Part shown: piece by piece, positions 57,670 through 64,000 of the stretch
Numbering within the stretch: position 1 is the stretch's first letter
Layout of the letters: each line of letters starts with the position of its first letter
Source of the DNA: Myxococcota bacterium
GTDB taxonomy: Bacteria > Myxococcota_A > UBA796 > UBA2385
NCBI GenBank assembly: GCA_044344255.1
Contig: JBIJDH010000028.1
Location: 13,423-77,422, forward strand
Length of the DNA stretch: 64,000 bases
Reading direction: 5' to 3'
Program-made: the position numbers and the translations under genes
The notes under the pieces: model-generated
The model's database searches: none
What the model was told of the DNA's origin: nothing
What the model saw: the letters and a program-made list of their open reading frames with translations, nothing else

Positions 57670-59217
57670 ATGACCATGCAAGCCGCTGAAGCCCATCCAA
57701 ACGCCCCCGACACAGGAGGCGGCGACGGCCCCTCCACCGCCGCGCCCTGGGTGGAGGTCCGGCGCCGGGTGGGCGAGCTGGAGGCCCTCGTCGGCACCCT
57801 CGGCCTCCTCCAGTGGGATCAGCAGACCTACCTCCCCAAGGGGGGCGCCGCGTCACGCGGCCAGCAGCTCGCCGCCCTGACGGGCATCTTCCACGAGCGG
57901 GTCACCGACCCCGCCTTCGGCGACCTCCTCGAAGAGGCCCGGCAGCGCGGCGACGGCAGCGCGGCCGAGCGCGCCGGCCTCCGCAACCTGCTCCGCCGCC
58001 ACCAGCGGGCCTGCCGGGTGCCCACCCCGCTCGTGCGCGCCCTCTCCGAGGCCAGCGTCGCAGGCATGTCCGGCTGGATGGCCGCCCGCGAGGCCAAGGA
58101 CTTCGCGCCCTTCGCCCCTGCCCTCGGGCGCATCGTGCACATCCTCCGCGAGACCGCCGCCTGTCAGGGCCCGGCCGCTCACCCCTACGACAACCTGCTC
58201 GAGGAGTTCGATCCGGGCTCCACCGTCGCCGAGCTCCAGCCCATGTTCAGCCGCCTCGGCGGGGAGCTCTCGGGCTTCATCCAGGCCTGCGCCGAGCGCC
58301 CGGGGCCGGCGCCGCTCTCGCTCGAGGTCGACAAGCCCGGCCTGATGGCCCTCTCCGCCGAGGTCTGCGCCGCGCTCGGCTTCCGCATGGACGACGGCCG
58401 CCTCGATGAGAGCGTCCACCCCTTCACCTGCGGCCTCCACCCGGGCGACGTGCGGCTCACCACCCACCCCCACCCCTCTGACCTCCTCGGCACCCTCTCG
58501 GGGACCATCCACGAGTGCGGGCACGGCCTCTACGAGCAGGGCCTCCCCGCTGAGCTCGCTGGCACCGGCGTCGCCGAGGCGGCGGGCACGGGCCTCCACG
58601 AGAGCCAGAGCCGCTTCTGGGAGAACGTCATCGGCCGCAGCCTGCCCTTCTGCCGCTGGCTGGCTCCGCGGATCAACGCGCGCTGGCCCCACGCTGCTGT
58701 CGAGGCGGAGGCCCTCTACCGGGCCGCCAACCGCGTCGCCCCCTCCCTCATCCGCATCCACGCCGACGAGGCGACCTACAACCTGCACATCATCGTGCGC
58801 TTCCAGCTCGAGCTCGGGCTCTTCTCGGGTGAGCTCGACGTGGCCGACCTCCCCGGCGCCTGGGACGAGGCCTACGCCCGCGTGCTCGGCGTGCGGCCGG
58901 GCGACCCGACCGAGGGCGTCCTCCAGGACATCCACTGGTCGAGCGCCCTCTTCGGGTACTTCCCGAGCTACACCATCGGCAACCTCTACGCCTCGAGCTT
59001 CCGCCGCAAGATGGAGGAGGACCTGCCCCAGATGTGGGCCGAGGTCGAGCAGGGTGACTTCTCCTCCGTGCTCGGCTGGCTGCGCCGGAACGTCCATCAG
59101 CGCGGCCACACCGTCGACGCCCCCCAGCTCTTCCGCGAGACGGTGGGCGACCGCGACCCCGTGGCCGACCTCATGGGCCACCTCCGCGAGCGCCACGGGG
59201 CGCTCTACGGGGTCTGA
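57670..59217 (+). CDS. M32 family carboxypeptidase (carboxypeptidase Taq type)
   Basis: HPF, HECGH (HExxH), HESQS, IR..ADE, GVLQDIHW, GYFPSY. Confidence 0.93.
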   Translation: MTMQAAEAHPNAPDTGGGDGPSTAAPWVEVRRRVGELEALVGTLGLLQWDQQTYLPKGGAASRGQQLAALTGIFHERVTDPAFGDLLEEARQRGDGSAAERAGLRNLLRRHQRACRVPTPLVRALSEASVAGMSGWMAAREAKDFAPFAPALGRIVHILRETAACQGPAAHPYDNLLEEFDPGSTVAELQPMFSRLGGELSGFIQACAERPGPAPLSLEVDKPGLMALSAEVCAALGFRMDDGRLDESVHPFTCGLHPGDVRLTTHPHPSDLLGTLSGTIHECGHGLYEQGLPAELAGTGVAEAAGTGLHESQSRFWENVIGRSLPFCRWLAPRINARWPHAAVEAEALYRAANRVAPSLIRIHADEATYNLHIIVRFQLELGLFSGELDVADLPGAWDEAYARVLGVRPGDPTEGVLQDIHWSSALFGYFPSYTIGNLYASSFRRKMEEDLPQMWAEVEQGDFSSVLGWLRRNVHQRGHTVDAPQLFRETVGDRDPVADLMGHLRERHGALYGV

Positions 59218-59253
59218 GCGGCGCCCGGGCTGGCCCAGGCCGGCCCGGGTCTC

Positions 59254-61752
59254 CTACAACAGGCCGCCGAAGATGTAGACGCCGCCTGCATCGTAGGCGG
59301 TGGAGTCGTCGTAGAAGGCCCCGCCCACCACGTCCACCTGTCCGTCGCCGGAGAGGTCACGCTGGCGGGAGGGCTGCTGGTAGCCGAAGTAGGAGTCGCC
59401 GCTGGCGTAGGGCCCGGCGATCTCGTGGCCGTCGCTCACCGAGAAGGTGCCGTTGACCACCGGCCCAGCGAAGAGCGTGATCGAGCCGGCGAGCGAGCCC
59501 GCGCTGTCGTTGCCGTAGGCGCCGACGGAGAAGTCGTCGTAGCCGTCGCCGCTCACGTCTCCGAGGGCGGAGACCGACCACCCGAAGTAGTCCGAACTGG
59601 CCTCCCCGGTGAAGGTGGCCGCCGGGGTGATGGTGCCGGAGATGCGGCTGCCCGAGCCGAAGGTGATGTAGACCGCCCCCTTCGAGCTCGAAACCCCGGT
59701 GGCCGAGACGGCGAAGTCGTCGTAGCCGTCGCCATTCACGTCGCCCACGGTGGTGCCCTGGCGCCCGAGGTAGTCGTAGGAGGCGGCGCCCGTGAGCTTG
59801 CCGTCCGCCGCCGACGGGGCGAGCGAGCCCGAGAGGGGCGTGGTGTCCCCATAGAACAGGTAGGCCGCGCCCTCTGTACCAGTGCCTTCAGAGTAGGCGG
59901 TGATCAGCATGTCATCGAGGCCGTCCCCGTCCACGTCCCCCGCGGGGCCCATGTACCGCCCGAGGTAGCCGTAGCTGGTCACGCCGGCGATGACGGCCGA
60001 GGCCGACGAGAGGGTGAGGGCTGAGCCCGACAGGCGGGTGGCCGAGCCATAAAACAGGCCCACCGCGCCCACCGAGTAGGTGGTGCCGGCGTCGTAGCCG
60101 TAGGCGCCCACGGCGAGCTCGTCGTAGCCGTCCCCGTTGAGGTCACCGACGTTGGCGAGGCCCGAGCCCAGGTAGTCGGAGACCACCGTGCTGTAGACGC
60201 CGGCCGCCGCGGAGGCCACGGTGGTCGAGCCCGCGCCCAGTGTCCCTCCGTAGAAGATCAAGGCCGCGCCGCGGCTGGACGAGAAGCCCTCCGCGCCGAC
60301 CACGAGGTCATCGGTGCCGTCGCCGTCGAAGTCGCCCGAGGTCATCGAGGAGCCGAAGTAGGCGTAGGTGTAGCCCGACACGCCGACGATCGAAGCGTCC
60401 GCGTAGGTGGTGATCGAGCCCTGCTCACCGCTGATCGGACCGTTCACGATATACACACCGCCGAAGCTGGTCGAGCCCGTGTCGAGGCCGTGGGCGCCGA
60501 TGGCGAGGTCGTCATCCCCGTCTCCGTCGAAGTCGGCCACGGCCGTGGAGCGTCCGACGTAGTCGCTGGAGGCCGCGCCGCGGTAGTAGGAGTCGGCGTC
60601 GGCGCTGGTCGAGCCGAAGCAGGCGATGTCGAGGCCCCCGTCACAGTCATTGTCGAGGCCGTCTCCGCAGACATCGATGGCACCCGGACTGACGTCGGTG
60701 GTGGAGTCGTCGCAGTCGTCGCCCTCCGCCGCGTACCCGGACGGCGTCTCACAGGCGATGATCGTCGTGGTGTCGACGCCGTAGCCGTCTCCGTCTCCGT
60801 CGAGGTAGTAGGTGTAGCCCTCGTCGGGGTTCGTATCGACGCTGCCGTCACAGTCGTTATCGACGCCGTCACAGCGCTCCGCAGCGACGGGCGACGTATC
60901 GACGTCGGTGTCGTCACAGTCCCCACCGGTGGTGATGTAGCCGGCCGGGAGCGCGCAGTCGCTCATCGTGTAGGCGGCGTCGCCGTAACCGTCCCCGTCG
61001 TGGTCGAGGTAGCCCGTGAGCGCGTCTTCGGCGCCGACGTCGGCGCTGCCGTCACAGTCATTGTCCACACCATCGCAGACCTCAGCCGCCTCGGGGCTCA
61101 CGCCGACGTCGGTGTCGTCGCAGTCCTCGTGGTTGTCGACCGCCCCTGCGGCGCCCTCACAGGAGAGGATGGGGCTGCCGGGGTCACCATATCCATCCCC
61201 GTCGACGTCCTCCCAGAACACGCTGCCGACGCTCGTGTCATCCACCTTCCCGTCGCAGTTATTGTCGTAGCCGTCACAGACCTCGGTGGCGTCGGGGTGG
61301 AGATCGACGTTGTCGTCGTCACAGTCGAGGGCGTTGTCGGCGTAGCCCGCGGGCTGGGCGCAGGCGGCGGTGTAGGCCTCGGGGGTGCCGAAGCCGTCCC
61401 CGTCCTGGTCTTCGAAGTAGACGGTGCCGTCGGACGGCTCCTCGTCTGTGGCCTCGTCGCAGTCGTTGTCGAGGCCGTCACAGAGCTCGGCGGCGCCCGG
61501 GAAGACGAGCGCGTTCGTATCATCGCAGTCGACCTCGGCGATGACCCCGTCGCCGTCCTCATCGACGACGCCGCTGCCGTCGGTGCCGTCGGTGCCGTCG
61601 GTGCCGTCCGTGCCGTCCGTGCCGTCGGTGCCGTCGGTGCCGTCCGTGCCATCACTGTTCCCGCTGGTGTCGTCCCCGCCGCCTCCCCCCTTGTCTACGC
61701 AGGCGGCGAGGCTGAAGGAGAGGAGGCTGGTCAACCAGAGGATGCGGGGCAT
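59254..61752 (-). CDS. surface lipoprotein with MopE-like repeats and FG-GAP propeller
   Basis: LAAC lipobox, DGT repeat, DCDD..PGA.E.CDG.DNDCD repeats, FG-GAP repeats. Confidence 0.85.
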   Translation of the reverse strand: MPRILWLTSLLSFSLAACVDKGGGGGDDTSGNSDGTDGTDGTDGTDGTDGTDGTDGTDGSGVVDEDGDGVIAEVDCDDTNALVFPGAAELCDGLDNDCDEATDEEPSDGTVYFEDQDGDGFGTPEAYTAACAQPAGYADNALDCDDDNVDLHPDATEVCDGYDNNCDGKVDDTSVGSVFWEDVDGDGYGDPGSPILSCEGAAGAVDNHEDCDDTDVGVSPEAAEVCDGVDNDCDGSADVGAEDALTGYLDHDGDGYGDAAYTMSDCALPAGYITTGGDCDDTDVDTSPVAAERCDGVDNDCDGSVDTNPDEGYTYYLDGDGDGYGVDTTTIIACETPSGYAAEGDDCDDSTTDVSPGAIDVCGDGLDNDCDGGLDIACFGSTSADADSYYRGAASSDYVGRSTAVADFDGDGDDDLAIGAHGLDTGSTSFGGVYIVNGPISGEQGSITTYADASIVGVSGYTYAYFGSSMTSGDFDGDGTDDLVVGAEGFSSSRGAALIFYGGTLGAGSTTVASAAAGVYSTVVSDYLGSGLANVGDLNGDGYDELAVGAYGYDAGTTYSVGAVGLFYGSATRLSGSALTLSSASAVIAGVTSYGYLGRYMGPAGDVDGDGLDDMLITAYSEGTGTEGAAYLFYGDTTPLSGSLAPSAADGKLTGAASYDYLGRQGTTVGDVNGDGYDDFAVSATGVSSSKGAVYITFGSGSRISGTITPAATFTGEASSDYFGWSVSALGDVSGDGYDDFSVGAYGNDSAGSLAGSITLFAGPVVNGTFSVSDGHEIAGPYASGDSYFGYQQPSRQRDLSGDGQVDVVGGAFYDDSTAYDAGGVYIFGGLL
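61577..61650 (-). repeat. 9-bp coding tandem repeat encoding (DGT)n
   Basis: CCGTCGGTG/CCGTCCGTG units on the + strand. Confidence 0.9.
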
Positions 61753-61830
61753 GGTGTCTCCAAGCAGGTGAGCCGCACAGTGTACCGGAGTCGAGCCCGC
61801 GCGGGTGGCCCCGACCGGTTAGCGCGCCGC

Positions 61831-62925
61831 ATGAACCGCCCCCTCACCCTCCGTGTCGGCCGGACCGCGCCCAACCGCGTCTGGCTCGCCCCCCTCACCA
61901 ACATGCAGAGCCACCCCGACGGGGCCTGCTCGGAGGAGGAGCGCCACTTCCTCGGCCTCCGCGCCGACGGGGGCTTCGGCCTCGTGATGACCTGCGCCGC
62001 CCACGTCGCGCAGGACGGCAAGGCCTGGCCGGGAGAGCTCGGCGTCCACGACGACGCCCTGCTCCCGGGCCTCCGGCGACTCGCGGCCCGCATCCACGCC
62101 CCCGAGGGCCGGGGCGCCGGCGGGCCCCCTCCCCTGGCCGCCGTGCAGCTCTTCCACGGCGGCCTGCGGGCCTCCGAGGCCGTGAGCGGCGAGCCCACCT
62201 GGAGCGCCAGCGCCACCGAAGAGCCCGGCTGCCCGCGGCCGCGCGCCGCCACCGAGGAGGACCTCCACCGCGTGATCCACCAGTTCGCCCAGGCGGCCCG
62301 CCGCTGCGCCGAGGCCGGCTTTGACGCCGTCGAGCTGCACGGCGCCCACGGCTATCTCCTCTCGCAGTTCCAGAGCACCGTATACAATCAGCGTCAGGAT
62401 GACTGGGGCGGCCCCCTCAAGAACCGAACCCGCCTGATCCGCGCCGTCACCCGCGCCGTCCGCGCCGCCGCCCCCGACCTCGCCCTGATCGTGCGCCTCT
62501 CCCCCGAAGACTTCGGCCAGGCCAAGGGCATCGACCTCGACGAGACCCTCACCCTCGCCGAGTGGCTGGTCGAGGACGGGATGGACGTGCTCCACCTCTC
62601 GCTCTGGCGCTCCGCCCAGGCGACGCTCAAGCGCCCCGACCAGCACGCCACCCCCCTCTTCCGCGCGGCCGTGGGCCCGCGAGTCCCCATCGTCGTCGCC
62701 GGCGGCGTCTGGAGCGCGGCCGACGCCCTCGCCCAGCTCGCGCGCGGCGCCGACGCCGTGGCCCTCGGCCGCGCCGCGATCTGCAACCACGACTGGCCGC
62801 GACGGGCGGCCGCCGGCCTCCCCATCCAGACCCTGCCCGTCCCCCGCGCCGCGCTCGCCGCGGAGGGCCTCTCCCCGGCCTTCGTGGAATACATGGGCCG
62901 CTGGAAGGGCTTCCTCGCCGACTGA
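61831..62925 (+). CDS. NADH:flavin oxidoreductase (Old Yellow Enzyme family)
   Basis: PNRVWLAPLT, QLFHGG, AGFDAVELHGAHGYLLSQF, R.DDWGG...NR.R. Confidence 0.92.
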   Translation: MNRPLTLRVGRTAPNRVWLAPLTNMQSHPDGACSEEERHFLGLRADGGFGLVMTCAAHVAQDGKAWPGELGVHDDALLPGLRRLAARIHAPEGRGAGGPPPLAAVQLFHGGLRASEAVSGEPTWSASATEEPGCPRPRAATEEDLHRVIHQFAQAARRCAEAGFDAVELHGAHGYLLSQFQSTVYNQRQDDWGGPLKNRTRLIRAVTRAVRAAAPDLALIVRLSPEDFGQAKGIDLDETLTLAEWLVEDGMDVLHLSLWRSAQATLKRPDQHATPLFRAAVGPRVPIVVAGGVWSAADALAQLARGADAVALGRAAICNHDWPRRAAAGLPIQTLPVPRAALAAEGLSPAFVEYMGRWKGFLAD

Positions 62926-62952
62926 CCACGCCCTCGCCCCCAGGAGCGCCCG

Positions 62953-63252
62953 ATGAACCCAAACGACGACGATTGGGACCCCGAGGCGGTCGTCGAGCTG
63001 CCGATCACCGGCGTGCTCGACCTCCACACCTTCTCCCCGCGCGATCTCCGCACCCTCATCCCGGACTACCTCCTCGCCTGTCAGGAGCGCGGGATCCTCG
63101 ACCTCCGCATCATCCACGGAAAGGGCACCGGCGCGCTGCGCCGCTCGGTCGAGGCCCTGCTCACGCGAGACCCCCGGGTGCAGAGCTTCCGCCCCGCGGA
63201 GGCCCAGGAGGGCAGCTGGGGGGCGACGGTGGTGCGCCTCCGCGGCGCCTGA
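62953..63252 (+). CDS. Smr/MutS2-domain protein
   Basis: LDLH, IIHGKGTG.LR, GSWGATVV. Confidence 0.9.
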   Translation: MNPNDDDWDPEAVVELPITGVLDLHTFSPRDLRTLIPDYLLACQERGILDLRIIHGKGTGALRRSVEALLTRDPRVQSFRPAEAQEGSWGATVVRLRGA

Positions 63253-63463
63253 GGTCGGCGCGCGGCCGCTCAGGGCTGGACGATGGCCCTCCCGGCGTGC
63301 ACATCGGTCGCGGGGAGACAACGTGAACGAGACCATCCCCGAAGAGGCCCGCGTGCTCGGGGTCGGGGCCGCCTTCGAACACGGCGCGCAGGGGCACGCG
63401 GCAGCCTCGCCCACGCACCGCCAGCCACCCTCCGCGTTGGGTGAGAGGGCCGCCATCCCATCT

Positions 63464-63700
63464 TCAAAGTCTGCGAGACCCGGGCCGCTTCATCGTGAAG
63501 TGGACCCGCCCATCCGGCTCCACCTCCAAGCGGTCCACGGCCGGCGGGGGTCCCACCGACCGTGCCGAGCACGGTGCGCCCGAGCCGCCGCAGCCCCTCC
63601 CGATCCTCCGCCTCCACCACGACCCCGGCGTGGAGGTTCCAGCCGTCCCAGGAGGCGCAGAGCGGCGGGAGCTCTCGCTCCCTTCCCTCGATGCGCTGAA
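63464..63700 (-). pseudogene. frameshifted IS91/ISCR-like (Y2) transposase remnant
   Basis: PPLCASWDGWNLHAGVVVEAEDREGLRRLGR in one frame continues as PPAVDRLEVEPDGRVHFTMKRP in another; both resemble IS91-family transposase motifs. Confidence 0.7.
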
Positions 63701-64000
63701 CCCGGCGCGCCCCCCTCGTCGGGGCCCCCCCACCACGGAGCTCACCGCCACAGAGGCGGCCTGGAAGAGGCACCTTCCCTCATCGTCGGCCCCTTCCGCC
63801 TCGTCCTCTGGCCCATGACCCTGTCGTGCGAGCCACGCATCGCAGGCGGTCGCCTCTGGGTCACGATCACAGATTAGGCCGAAGTTGCGCTCACCAATCC
63901 ATCGAGAAGGGCCTCCAGGTCGAGCTCTGCTCGATTGTCAAGAATTCACGTGTAGCCAGTAAACCTGGTTGCAGGTCGTGCGCTGGTGGGCTACGAGAGG

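Overview
Very GC-rich chromosomal window, most consistent with a Myxococcota-type (deltaproteobacterial) genome: it has a MYXO-CTERM-like tail, MopE/FG-GAP lipoproteins and Hanks-type kinases. About 40 genes are supportable. The flanks hold ordinary or surface-related genes (pilT, thiS, kinase, rhodanese, arylsulfotransferase, AI-2E transporter, YfhO, patatin, DinG/XPD helicase, M32 peptidase, OYE, Smr) and a likely 6S RNA with its own sigma70-type promoter. The centre (about 25.2-46.7 kb, nearly all + strand) is the unusual part. It contains (i) a translationally coupled operon of a large FtsZl1/Tubulin_2-type GTPase with a GYF-like tail, an unknown protein, a Zn-ribbon/Ig-like/Hsp70 fusion and a Zn-ribbon protein. 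It also contains (ii) a candidate anti-phage cassette in which a NACHT (NLR-like STAND) NTPase is fused in one ORF to a Septu/PtuA-like ABC ATPase, followed by a PtuB-like HNH nuclease and an ATP-grasp gene. Finally there is (iii) a membrane Ser/Thr kinase plus vWA pair. An IS91-like transposase remnant lies at the right end. All family calls come from reading motifs by eye; no database search was run.
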